The position numbers and the translations under genes were made by a program. Below are positions 13,776 through 27,294 of a DNA stretch of 64,000 nt, one piece after another; the stretch's first letter is position 1; every line of letters begins with the position of its first letter. The stretch is from Eledone cirrhosa (Eukaryota), in the NCBI GenBank assembly GCA_964016885.1, contig OZ024742.1:67642001-67706000 (forward strand), written 5' to 3'. Below the pieces are notes generated by a model, which worked only from the letters and a program-made list of their open reading frames with translations, searched no databases and was not told the origin of the DNA.

Positions 13776-13780
<5 letters not shown>
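13400..13780 (+). pseudogene. RT C-terminal fragment of an R4/Dong-like (RLE-type) non-LTR retrotransposon
   Basis: DKCAKATFKSG..IHELDPEFTYKYLGINEGEG..MKEKIGTEYYRRVSLILK. Confidence 0.75.
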
Positions 13781-13816
<36 letters not shown>

Positions 13817-13979
13817 ATGCAAAAGCTACAATGTACAATATTCAGAAAACGTTTATGAACACAAACCACAACTAGTAACTGAGATTGAAAAAGTAACAAT
13901 ATTTCTTTAACCTCTACTCAACAATGGCACGTCCAGTTACAAAATTACGTTTGTTCATATTATTTCCCAATTTGTTTTC

Positions 13980-15630
13980 AAAGAATACAGAAATATTAGC
14001 AGAATAGATTATTCGGGGTGAACCTGAAGAGAAATATTTGGAGAGTGTATAGATGAAGTGATGATACCAGATTGCAATGTCAGTCACCAGTTTTGGGGCA
14101 ACATTTTGAGTAAAAGGGGTGAGCACAGGAGGGACGCTGAATGTTTAGAAGAACTGTAACAAACAACAGTTTGCCCACAGCAGGCAGAACTAGCAATTGC
14201 AGTTAGGGACTTCAAGGAAGACGGAAAAAGATGAACAATTGGAAGTCTTCGAGAGTAGATGGCATTCAAGGTTACTGGATCAAAAGGTTTGGTGAATGCT
14301 ATGCACGGACAGTTGAACTACTCGAAAAGCAGCTGCATGATAACTGGGATACTAGAGTGGCTTACAAACGTCCTGACAATGTTGTGCTTGAAAGATATGA
14401 CAAAGGAGAATGCGATAGACAATTATATACTTACGATAATATGCTTACTACCTATGTCGAAGATATTGACTGGAATAATCAAGGAATCAATGTACAGGCG
14501 TCTAAAAGAAAATTGAGTCCTAAAAGATGAATAGAAATGATGCAACAGTAGGAGCAGAGGTATCAAGGGCCAGCTTTTGATAAGCAAAATAACACTTCGG
14601 GATAGCAAGAGGAGGAAAAGCCATTTTACCATGTCGTGAATTAACCTCAATCTTATGGTACGATTCCTCTCTCTTTGATCATGAAATGCGTGAATCTATC
14701 TGGTATTACATCGAACGCTGGGAGATTCTTAAGGAAACTTATAGAGAAATAGCAGTCAGAACAAATGTGGAATACTTTTAGGTACAAAGTTAACATGTTT
14801 CATAAAAGAAGCTACATAACCGCTATTATTGGCAGTGAGAAGATCACGGCTGTGCAGAAGTGAAGATTGCAAAGTACAAGCATTTGAAGATGAATGAAAC
14901 TGAAAATAGGTGGGCAGAATGAAGAATGTATAGGAAATTGCATAGGGATGTTGAAGATAGAACAGACAGAGAAAGTAGTTGGTTAGAGATGACTAATTCT
15001 ATTTAAAACCAGAAGGAGAAACCTTAATCTGTACAGCTCAAGTGCAAACATTAAGAAGCAACTACATCAAAAATAGAGTAGGCCATAGAACAGAAAGTAA
15101 TAAACGCAGAATTTGTGACGTGAATGGAGAAACTGTATAAAATATTACCAGTCAACATACACCACTAGCTCAGAAAGAATATGAGAGGCGTGAGGACAAC
15201 ATACGAATGATAATCCATTTGACACTTTGTGCGATAATACAAAGATACTGTTGGGCATTGTGATAGTGTGAACATGAGATGGAGCATAGGAAACCAGATA
15301 TTTTGAGAATTGAGAAAGAAAGCAAACAGGGATGGATCATACAAATAGCATGTCCAGCTGACAATTAGGTATCCGATAAAGAAGGGAAATTGATAAATAC
15401 GAGAGGTTAGATTGAAGGGTTAAGCAGTTGTGGTCCCTGGAAAAGGTGATATCAATATCAATAATATTTAGAGCCTTGTGAAGAGTAAGTAAATATCTTG
15501 AGAACTACATTAAACACATAAGGGTTTGTAATGCGAGTGAAACATTTTTAGAAAATAGCACTGCTTGGAGCAGCTCGCATATTCCTGGAGTAGCTCGAAT
15601 ATTCCTGGAGTAGCTCGCATATTCCTCGAT
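13980..15630 (+). pseudogene. Decayed, internally deleted R4/Dong-like LINE (RT N-part, CCHC knuckle, PD..D restriction-like endonuclease)
   Basis: NWKSSRVDGIQGYWIK; LCLKD..ENAIDNY..ICLLPMSKILTGII; LAQKEYERR; EHRKPDIL..IACPAD; ends in a 20-bp triplicate GGAGTAGCTCG.ATATTCCT. Confidence 0.75.
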
Positions 15631-16518
15631 GTACTAGTTTCAAGCTAATAAGCTAGTACATTGTTCCTTTGCCAGTGTTGAACAAAAGGACAATGATGGT
15701 TGCTAAACACTGTACGGCTTAATTCGTGATGGTTGTTTACAAACAAACCGAGCATTATAATAAATGTTCGGTAAATCCATACGTACATATATATATATAT
15801 ATGTGCATGTATGTATATATATACATACTACTGTACGTCTGTATACATATATGTATGTACGTATACATACTTATATTTAAGTAACAGCCGTACTAAGAGT
15901 GGGAAATGAAATTTCGTTTCATTTTTTTTCCATTTATCGTTTTCGGTGTGCCTGGCCGATTAACTCACTCGATATGCAAATTAGGCTGCTCAGCCGTTAA
16001 TATGCATAAGGAAAGTATATACTTTCAGACGTTCAATCATCTGGCAGGATGAAACGGTTTTCGTACTATTTAGGACGCAATGTCTTATTGGAATATAGTA
16101 ACCAATATATAGAGAGTCTGAGGTTGCCATATAAAAAGGGAGAACAGTGGAGTTTTAGAACAGAAAACCAGGGGGGAAAGAAGAGACGAAATGATTATAA
16201 TCGGTGAATGGCGGAATATGAGGCTGGAAAGTGGAGAGTCGTAGAAAGTGGAGAGGAGACAACATGCGGAGAAATGAATTTAATATGTGTGTGTTTCAGT
16301 GTAGGGGTAAGTGTACCGAGACACATGAAATCATTTTAGACGCTACTCCGTTTCTGTGTTGTTGTGGGTAGATATGTACTAGTGAGGGATTTTGAGCAGG
16401 AGAAATCAATAGATGTGTAACGAGGCGTGGCTGGTTTGGGATGATCACCTGGTTTGTGGGAGAGACAATCATATACATGTGAGTAAACACAATCAACAGC
16501 ATACATACACACACACAC

Positions 16519-16603
<85 letters not shown>

Positions 16604-16640
16604 ATTAAATAAATGGAAACTATATTTATAAAACCATATT

Positions 16641-16706
16641 TATTTCATTATATATATTTCAGGGATATCATATTAACAATATGCTATGCCTTCCTCAGAC
16701 AAAATA
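16641..16706 (-). ncRNA. Minimal type I hammerhead ribozyme (inverted copy)
   Basis: Exact reverse complement of 16757-16822. Confidence 0.75.
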
Positions 16707-16756
16707 CAATATAAATAGTTTTATAGATAAATAGATTCGACATACCGTTTATATTG

Positions 16757-16822
16757 TATTTTGTCTGAGGAAGGCATAGCATATTGTTAATATGATATCC
16801 CTGAAATATATATAATGAAATA
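16757..16822 (+). ncRNA. Minimal type I hammerhead ribozyme, intact core
   Basis: uauuuugu-CUGAGGA-agg..cauauu(guu)aauaug..ccu-GAAA-uauaua-UA/augaaaua. Stem I is 8 bp including two G.U pairs; predicted cleavage after 16814. Confidence 0.75.
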
Positions 16823-17155
16823 AATATGGTTTTATAAATATAGTTTCCATTTATTTAATATTGTAAATATACTCCAAATATTTGTCGAGTGCTTTTATAT
16901 CAGTTATAAATATTTACTAGTTGTAACCCAACAATTTAAATATAACTTTCCATATATATATATATATATATATATATCGGAGGGGATCGACAGTGTCACT
17001 TTCTTAACTAACACCTTAACACTTCACACAAAGTAAAATATTCCGTTTTAATCATTTTCTAACCCAGGGAAAAAAATTTATTTTTCTTCCTAATAATCGT
17101 CTTTTTCTCCCTGTACGTGTGTGTGCGTATATATATATATATATATATATATACG

Positions 17156-17192
<37 letters not shown>

Positions 17193-17715
17193 TTAAAAAA
17201 ATATTCATGTAATTCAATTCAAGAACTCAACGTGCATTTTCCACACAAGAGTGACGGACTATATTTAGAATAAGGCTATACAAAATTTAGATCATAAAGC
17301 CCTTTATTGATACATATTTGGAGGACGACTTTGGCTGCGCAATTCAGCGGAGAAGCCACTGCCATCCTCTCTTCAGACAGCTTCTTACATAATAAAGTTA
17401 CAAACAATCATGAAAGAATTTCAAAATTGAAGTGACAAAGGAAAGGACAAACAGCGAATACAGTGTTGAACAAACGAGCAACGATGGTTGCTGGACACTA
17501 CGGCTTAATACGGGATGTTTGTTTACCAACACACCGAGCATTATAATAAATGTTCGGTGAATCCATACGTACATATATATATATGTGTGCATGTATGTAT
17601 ATATATATACATACGACTGTACGTCTGTATACATATATGTATGTACGTGTACATACTTATATTTAAGTAACAGCCGTACTAAGAGTGGGAAATGAAATTT
17701 CGTTTCATTGTTTCC

Positions 17716-17795
<80 letters not shown>

Positions 17796-19054
17796 ATATA
17801 TATATATTTATTAAAATAACAGATTAAAGTTTAAGCAAAGAATTATTATTACTATATATATATATATAACTTTTTTGCCTGTAAATTTTGCTTATACCTC
17901 TTACACTTTCAACCTGTGCTGCCTGGAAATGTGTTCTCTGAAGTATAACATCTTTTTTAACTCACCACGTGATGCCTATGACACTAACAACAAGTGTGTA
18001 CTCTAAATGTTCTGAATGACTAGGATTATAGTCACATGTTTCGCCATTCCCTATGCTCCTATGGAACCAAATTTCCCTCTGGAAGAAACAATTGTCAGCA
18101 AATAAATGTTCTAAACTAACATTTGATCGTTTTAACGCTTAGTATATATATATACATATATATATAAATATATAAATAGGTAAATATGTGTGTAGGTGTG
18201 TACGTGTGTGAGTGTGTGTGTTTATATATAGGCAAAGCCGTCTACATATTTCCCGCTACCTAATTCCAATTGCATTGCATTGGTGGACCGAAAGCTATAG
18301 AAATAAAGACAGAAGCTGGAATCAGAGGTGGCGAGGAAGACTTAAACTCGTGGCCGTCTTTATGCATGAGGCACCAGCATGAGTTACAGTATATACTGAA
18401 ATCAGCAAAATAATTCCTGAATTTAAACATAGTGATGTGTGTTTGTTTCTCATCTTACTGAACTATATCATGTGCTTTCTGAAGTAGAAATTTCGATATC
18501 ACAAGTTATTACATTCACCACTATATTTTGGTGATACAAGAAATCGTGAAAGTTTCAACGAGACGTGTGAAAATGGTGCTCATTTTCTTCTCTACTTCTT
18601 CTTTCCATATGCAAATATTAAATAAACAAATCGTTTTGTTCTTAAAATGGAGACTGTTTTTTTTTTTGTTTTTTGTTGGGGTTACTTTTTCAACAATTAG
18701 ATGTTTGTGTCTGCTCTTCTGTATCCCTCTCTCAACCACCGTCTCGCAGTTTTCTCCCCCCCCCTCATAATTCATCATTATATCCTATTATATATTCCAT
18801 TCACTCCTTCACAAGTATTTTTTCTCTCACAAGAATTATACGTCATGTATATTTTTTAAAATATTTCAACTCAACTCTGTTATTATATCTATCGATCCAC
18901 GTGTCTCTGTTAGTTATCTTTTTCTGAGAATTATATATAGAGAGAAGAAAGAGAGGGAGTAATACAGAAAGAGAAATGCATATTCCTTTATATATCATAT
19001 ATATGATTATGTATAAGCATAAACACATACACACACACACACACACACACTCAT

Positions 19055-19129
<75 letters not shown>

Positions 19130-19482
19130 CACATATTTTTTCTATTTTGTCAATCACATATTTTTTTATTTGTTTGACCCGAATTACTTGGTCGTTTCTA
19201 TGGCTATGCGGATGACGGTTTAACCATCGTCTCAGTGTGTTTGGCCTTTAACGTATGTTGTAGCTCTGGTTCGTCAGAATTATTGAGCGCTTGCCACACA
19301 TCTCGGAAGTCGTTTTTCGCTAATTCCAAAGCCGAAATACGATTCTCGCTAATTTATATCTGTATATATATATATATATAAATCAGGAAAGAAGGTTGAC
19401 ATGGTTTGCTATACAAAAAAGGCTTTTAATCTCATAGCTGACAATTGTTTCTCTGAACTGGTAGGTCTAGAGATCTGTTACC

Positions 19483-19595
<113 letters not shown>

Positions 19596-19857
19596 AATAT
19601 ATATACAATGAAGGAAGTGTGGTAAGGAACCAGATGGACTATAACGCACCAGAGTACTCAATACTTAGGGTAGTAGAGTGGGTAATAGGAAAACGTTTAA
19701 ACCCGAGGGCAGAGCTCACGCCGTTTCGACGGCTATTTCTGGACTAAATTAGGATTTAGGGCGTGGTAAATAAATAGCCGAACTTTTCAAAGGTAATTCC
19801 TTATATGGCAAGACTGCAGTTGTCAAAAGGATTGGTCAAAATTTCTTGTAAACACAA

Positions 19858-19924
<67 letters not shown>

Positions 19925-19928
<4 letters not shown>

Positions 19929-20432
19929 TACTTTGGGAGGGTCATGTTGCCAATAAGAAACACACGCGCCAATTGCATTCACTTCAATTTATTATAAATT
20001 TTCTAAATTTCCGGTAGGTTGGTTGGTTACACAACCGGATGGTTGTTTATATATTGTCAAAGTTCTTTCGTAAACACATTCTGTGACCTCTTCAGTCAGT
20101 GGTATTTCTTTTCTTTGTTTTGTGCCTGTCCTTTGTTCTGTCCTAGGCCATCTTGCTTTTTCTTGTTTTTTTTAAAAAACAAGATGGCGTAGGACAGAAT
20201 AAAGGAGAAGCGCAAAACAAAGAAAAGCATCACCAGTCATTGAAGAGGTCACAGAATGTGTGACGAAAGAACTTTGACAATATATAAACAACCATCCAGT
20301 TGTGAAACCAACCAACCAACCGGAAATTAATAACATTTATATATATAAAATATATAAAATTTATAATAAATTGAAGTGAAAGCTCTGGTGCGTGTGTTTC
20401 GTATTGGCGACATTACCCTCCCAAAGTATAAC
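19925..20432. mobile_element. Diverged inverted repeat (~230-250-bp arms) with degenerate hammerhead motifs; Penelope pLTR-like
   Basis: GTTATACTTTGGGAGGG...CCCTCCCAAAGTATAAC; arm consensus gtca-CTGAAGA-g-gtcaca(gaatg)tgtgac-GAAA-gaac-TT-tgac. Confidence 0.7.
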
Positions 20433-20491
20433 AATATCGGATTCAACACACGTTTTCAGATAAAGAATCTTGCTAAACAAATTCAGAAACG

Positions 20492-20524
<33 letters not shown>

Positions 20525-20525
<1 letters not shown>

Positions 20526-21422
20526 GAGATGTGTCAGAAAAGTTCCATGACTGTAATCACAACAGATTTATTTCAAACCCAAACTTCACACTAAGAGTAA
20601 TCCTTCAAAGTAATCCCCCTGGAGTATGTAACTGTAATCTTAGCTCTCTGCAGCGATGAAACTTTTTTCTTCATAATTTTATATACATGGCCTCTGTTTC
20701 AGGTCGCCAAGCAATGAACACAGAGCAACGAACACACTTGAAGTTTCTGGTACGGTTAAGGAAAACTCCGCTGCAGCAAATGTATGGAGATGAGATGATG
20801 TCACGCTCACGTGTTTTTTGAGTGGTGCAAGAGGTTTAAAGAAGGACGCGAGGACGTGGAAGATGACCCCAGGAGCGGAAGGCCCTCAACAACCAGGACT
20901 GAGGTCAACGTTGAGCGCGTCAGGCAGATGGTGCATAGCGATCGTCGGCTGACTGTTCGACTGATGGCAAACGAGCTGGGCATGAATCGGGACAACGTCT
21001 GGAATATTCTCACTGAAGATTTGGACATGCGGAAAATCTGCGCGAAGATTGTGCCAAAACTGGTGAACGATGACCAGAAGTGTCGACGCATGCAAGTGTG
21101 CCAGGACATCATCCGGCGTTTTGAATCCGAACCAGACTTGCTAGGGACACTCATCACCGGTGATGAGTCATGGATCTTCAAGTACGACTCGGAGGGGACC
21201 CGTTTTGAAGACGTGGACGACATCAAAAAGGCCGTGACGACGGAACTGCAGAGGATCCGGGAAGAATCCTTCCAGGAGTGCATGCAAGAGAGGCAGAAAA
21301 GGATGGAAAAGTGCATTAGACTCCAGGGGGATTACTTTGAAGGAGAACACTCTTAGTGTGAAGTTTGGGTTTGAAATAAATCTTTTGTGACATCAGTCCT
21401 GGATCTTTTCTGACACACCTCG
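20525..21422 (+). mobile_element. Mariner (Tc1/mariner) DNA transposon, internally deleted, TA TSD
   Basis: TA|CGAGATGTGTCAGAAAAG...CTTTTCTGACACACCTCG|TA terminal inverted repeats flank a transposase remnant. Confidence 0.92.
20714..21356 (+). pseudogene. Mariner transposase pseudogene
   Basis: MNTEQRTHLKFLV..; FEWCKRFKEGREDVEDDPRSGRP; AKIVPKL; ITGDESWIF; GDYFE. Frameshift near 20815; lacks the second Asp and the YSPDLAP region. Confidence 0.9.
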
Positions 21423-21431
21423 TATATCTAT

Positions 21432-22529
<1,098 letters not shown>

Positions 22530-23296
22530 TGGTATTTCAGAAATAAATGCGAAAGAAATTCGCTATAAAAGCTGTTAAGCTATAAAATCTACTCAAGTGA
22601 ACATCCTTAATTAGATTAATGTAATTAGGAAATAATCAGTAGACGCTTGATGAAACGTAATTATGTTTATAAAATTGGTTACAGATACAACATTGAAAAA
22701 GATAGAATTCTAAGGACAATGAAAATAATAGTACTTATAATAATCTTGATAATAATTTCTTGTAGATAAAACAAAATGTGAACTAATGAAGAAATGAGAG
22801 TAAACTGAAACATAGATGATGATGATGATGAATAGGAGAATGTGGAATGAGGGGTGTTGAAATGTTATAATATTGATCGTGATGTGATTATCCCGGTGGG
22901 GGTTTGATATAACAGTATGTAAAATACTTTCGATGAGGCTCGTCGTTGTTCTAGAGAAAGAGGACTTGGTAAACAGGCAGAGGAGAAAGGAGACAAGAAG
23001 GATAAAAAGATGAAGTAAAAGAACGAAGATAAAATGAGGATCGTAAAACAGAAAGAAAATGAAGATGGAGACGATGATATAGCATGAGAGAAATTAAAAG
23101 GGAAAAACGAGTACAAGGGAAAAAAAAAGTACAATGTTGTCAGAAAATAGATTTAAATAAAACATTCATATAATTAGAATATTTAAAAAAAAAATTAAAT
23201 CAAATAATCTATTTGATCTAAATATATCACTGCTACCACAATCACTAACTCAACTACTCTGCTGATACAACTGTTCCTCCTCATCTCTTACTCCGC

Positions 23297-23364
<68 letters not shown>

Positions 23365-23396
23365 GATACTACTACTACTACTGATACTACTAATGA

Positions 23397-23433
<37 letters not shown>
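23297..23433. repeat. (TAC)n microsatellite
   Basis: Direct reading. Confidence 0.95.
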
Positions 23434-23435
<2 letters not shown>

Positions 23436-23448
23436 GTATCCTAATAAT

Positions 23449-25142
23449 GATTTCATTTATTGGCCACAAGGGCCGACATATAGGGGACAATACAAAAGAC
23501 TGGGACTGGGGTTTTACAGAAAAATCGAGTAAACAATATGAATAACAATAACAAAGTAACAAGAAAAATACAACAAGAAAAATTCACCAATAGGGGGGAT
23601 GACAACCCAGGGTTCGCTCAGGTGCCCCACCAATCCTGAACGACCCGACGCTCTGAGAGCCCCCTGGAAGGGGACCCCTCTCCTCCTCAAATTTACCCAC
23701 CTACAGCCGCATGGCCAGAGTAGGCCTACTCACACGGGCCATTCTCGCCACATTCACCCACCTTTCAGCAAATGTACTGGGGGGAAGCACTTCTCTCTCC
23801 ACCCTCACCTTCCTCCAAGTGAAACTTGAAAAAGTGGATGAGGGATTGGCCGAAGAGAAAAGTGTCTGTCTTCAGTCCTTTCAACCTGATCCACCATACA
23901 ACCTCTTTCGTTACTGCCACCAGACAGAGGAAAATTGCCTGCCCTTCCTGGCCAAAAGAAGGCGGCGTGTCGATTTTCACTATGGACTCGGCCGATAGCC
24001 GGATCCGTTCTACACGCGACAACAGCTGTTCGACATAAATCCACAAGTCAGTAATGCACGGACACTGGACGAGTGCGTGCAAAACGGTTTCGTCACTCTG
24101 CGCGCATCTCAGGCAGGTCCGTCTGACAGCACTTCCGTGCCTGTAGAGTTTATCCCTCGCTTGGCAGTGCCCTCCGGTAGCACTGCCAAGCGAGGGATTT
24201 TTGGAATTTATCCATCGTCCCCGGCTCGAAAATCCTCCGGAACAGACTAGTTAGTTCGACTTCGTCGACTTCCAGAGCCTCTCCGAGTGCGTCGTCGCAC
24301 TTTCCCACCACTAATCCTCTATAGAACTCGAGAGTGGAAGTTCCACTAACCGCATTGCCCGCCTGGTAGAGGGCAGTGAGTGCATGGCAACATTCCAGAT
24401 GTCAATCACTGTCTCGGTCTCTTCTTGACCCAGGACTGCAGCTCATTCAAAGAAACGAGCTGCGGAAAACCCGTCTGACATACGGCGACCACACCTGTTA
24501 ACCGTTTAGGCAGAATATCTGGAGATGCCGCAGCCTCAGCGCGTGGCTGCGCATCATTACCCACGACATTTCCAGCCCTCCACGTAGAGGGTTCTGGCAG
24601 CAGATGGACCGCCTCACTAGCGGAACCTGGCCCCTCCACAAGAATTTGAAGAAGAGCCGCTCCAAGATGGCCAGGCGCGAACGGGGGCAAGGGGCGACGG
24701 TCTGACTGTAGTAGATGACGGACGCAAGGTACGCGTTCACCACCTCCGCCCGACCTTTCAGAGATAGCTTACTCCCGGCCCATTTCTGGGTGAGACTGAC
24801 TACCCTGCCCGTCACCTCGTCCCAATTGTTATCCACCTGGAGGTCTGGCCCGAACCAAAACCAGAGCAACTTTACCGGTCCGTCCGTCCAGCGCCTAACG
24901 ACGTTGTTGGACTGCATAGACTTGCCTCTCCAGGTGCCGAGTTGCAAGTCCACCGACTTTTCCGGGTTAAGTTTTGCTCCCGTCAACCTTTCATAATCCT
25001 CCAATAAGTTGCCGACCACCTCGATTTCTGAGGTGTCCGACACCATTACGCTGATGTCGTCCGCATAAGCCGACACAGCCCTTTCCCGATTCGAGCGGGA
25101 TGCCCTGCTTCCGCAGTAAAGGCTCGAGAGTCAATAGCTACG
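23449..25142 (-). mobile_element. 5'-truncated L1/Tx1-like LINE (ORF2 RT C-half, CCHC, 3' UTR) with a 16-bp TSD
   Basis: SAYADDISVMV..GAKLNPEKS..KLSLKGRAEVVN..FFKFLWRG; TCLRCAQSDETVLHALVQC; AATAAA at the 3' end; TSD TACGTATCCTAATAAT at 23433-23448 and 25143-25158; GC-rich relative to flanks. Confidence 0.88.
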
Positions 25143-25347
25143 TACGTATCCTAATAATACTGCTGCTGCTGCTATTACGTGTAATAATGGTAACAACAAC
25201 AACAAAAATAATAAAAATATTGATGAAAGTAAATAATATTAAATATACAAACACAATAATCCAAAGCACTGTAAACATGATTAATGAAAAAAGAATAACA
25301 AAATTGATCTAGAACAGGTAACATTTAAATGAAACATTATTATTAAG

Positions 25348-25447
25348 ATTAACTTTGCCTTTCATCCTTACGGGGTCGATAAAATAACGTACCAGTAATG
25401 CACTGCTAATTGCTGGCCTTGTGCCAAAAGTAGAAACAATTATTATT
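25348..25447 (+). mobile_element. SINE 3' half
   Basis: TTAACTTTGCCTTTCATCCTTACGGGGTCGATAAAATAACGTACCAGT..GTAGAAACAATTATTATT. Confidence 0.8.
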
Positions 25448-25820
25448 GAGTAAATTGTTTATAAATAAGATTTCTTTCGCTTAGTTTTATTTTACTCTTG
25501 ATTCACAGGTATTTTCCATGTATTCCACGAATATTTCAGAAATGTTATTCCAAATTAACAAGATTGGGAAAAATGACGACATTAAACTTTTTTGGAATCG
25601 TTATAAAAGAAAGATTCGAATGTTTATTTATAACACTAACAAATATTGTTGGTTTTAGTTCAATGTTTTGATAATATTTAAATCGATTTGGAAGGAATTT
25701 AAAACAAAGTATTGCTTTAAAGAGTCGTTGTCTAAGGTAGGAGGATCCACAGTATTTATATATCATGTGTGTCTTTGTGAGTGTGCGTTCGCGTATGTGT
25801 ATATGTGTATGGACATGTGG

Positions 25821-25950
<130 letters not shown>

Positions 25951-25999
25951 GGAGATAGAGAATGAGGTGAAATATTACTGGTTATGGCCAGTATGATCT

Positions 26000-26142
26000 T
26001 GGTGGATTGGCAGTATCGGTAGAACGACAGACACTATGTTTTGCAGCACAAGAGTTATGGCCCTTTTCTTGTGAGTTCAAATCCCGCCCAGGTTTTAATG
26101 TACGAGTAATGCACTAGGGTAATTGCTCGTCTTGTGCCAATA
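26000..26142 (+). mobile_element. SINE, internally deleted
   Basis: GGTGGATTGGCAGTATCGGTAG..GAGTTCAAATCCCGCC. Confidence 0.75.
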
Positions 26143-27294
26143 TTCTATAATTAAGGAATGTAAATTGCAGAAATTCTTATAAGTATTATATGCCATACGG
26201 TTAAGCTTTTACAGTTTCGATAACAAATGGGAATTATATCTGATTTGAATTTGATTGGGATCTCTTCTCGGGGACGTGACCATAATCTAACTGAGAGGTG
26301 GAGCAGCACGTGGTTCTGTCATGAGACCAATTGAGAACTAAGAAAAGATCAGATCAAAGTTTACAATCAAATACATGGCGAAAACGAAATGGAAATGGGA
26401 CCATTAATTGTTCATTGAATAGTGCGATTTGGGCATCTAGATATTTGTTGTAGATACAATTATGGATCATGAATGTTAAACATTCTGCCAACTGTTATAA
26501 ATATGGTGTTCCAAGATAGATATAGACTCAGCACCAGTATTTGTATCATGAATACATACTGGTCAGAAAACGGAATAATACTATTAAAACAAAACCAAGA
26601 GCTGTGTGCCATGTGCCAGCCCTGGTACGTTCAGTCTATATTCAGCTCGTTTCTAACTTATTCACTTTCACACTACCCTGTAATTAATGGTATATTTTCG
26701 TTGTGGTATGTTTTAATTATAAATTCTTTGAAGTCGTATAAAATATTACTTATTCCTTTTTAAAGAATAGCTTTGCTGACGGTATTTAAATATATTCTGG
26801 CTGTATGTTTTCAAATGTAGTATTTTAATATGTAATAATATAAACTCGAATTAAGTATTAAAGGGAGTTTGAAATAGTGAAACGGTTGTATGGCTATTTT
26901 TAGTAGCACCTATGCCAAAAGAGTAGGATCAGCATCGTAGTCCACTGCACATGTTTTGCAAAAGCAACCATATGCAACAGCTCACTTCATGTCGTTCTGC
27001 AATTTTCAGATATTACGCATTTATTTGCCATATATCTTTTTATTTTACATCATGTAGTAGAAGCATGTGAAAAAAACTTTAAATTGATTCAGAGACGTGG
27101 TTCAGCGCCCTATGTTTGCGAAACGTATGATGTTAATAAATATTTTTGGACACACGTGAGAAAGGAAACATGGAAGAGAAATGGAAAGTAGACAGTTTCA
27201 AGAGATGAGACTTGTTGCACGAAAACAGGGTAAATCCTAAATCTAATTATTTCTCTCTTTCTCTTTAATTCTGTGCTACACTTGTAGATTTCAA

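Larger units (their letters stand above)
16599..16864. repeat. Perfect inverted repeat, 117-bp arms (16599-16715, 16748-16864), 32-bp spacer
   Basis: Base-by-base reverse complement with no mismatch found. Confidence 0.92.
15675..17710. repeat. Direct repeat pair of ~250 bp (15675-15925, 17463-17710)
   Basis: GTGTTGAACAAA..CCGAGCATTATAATAAATGTTCGGT..TAAGTAACAGCCGTACTAAGAGTGGGAAATGAAATTTCGTTTCATT in both copies. Confidence 0.8.

Noticed and set aside
16978-17115. Tc1-type MITE between TA runs
   Set aside because: Terminal inverted match too short and degenerate to support
20807-21316. 169-aa minus-strand ORF
   Set aside because: Antisense shadow of the mariner transposase
26215-26625. Exon-like segment between tttacag and CTG/gtacg
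   Set aside because: Multiple stop codons in the long frame and no recognisable protein
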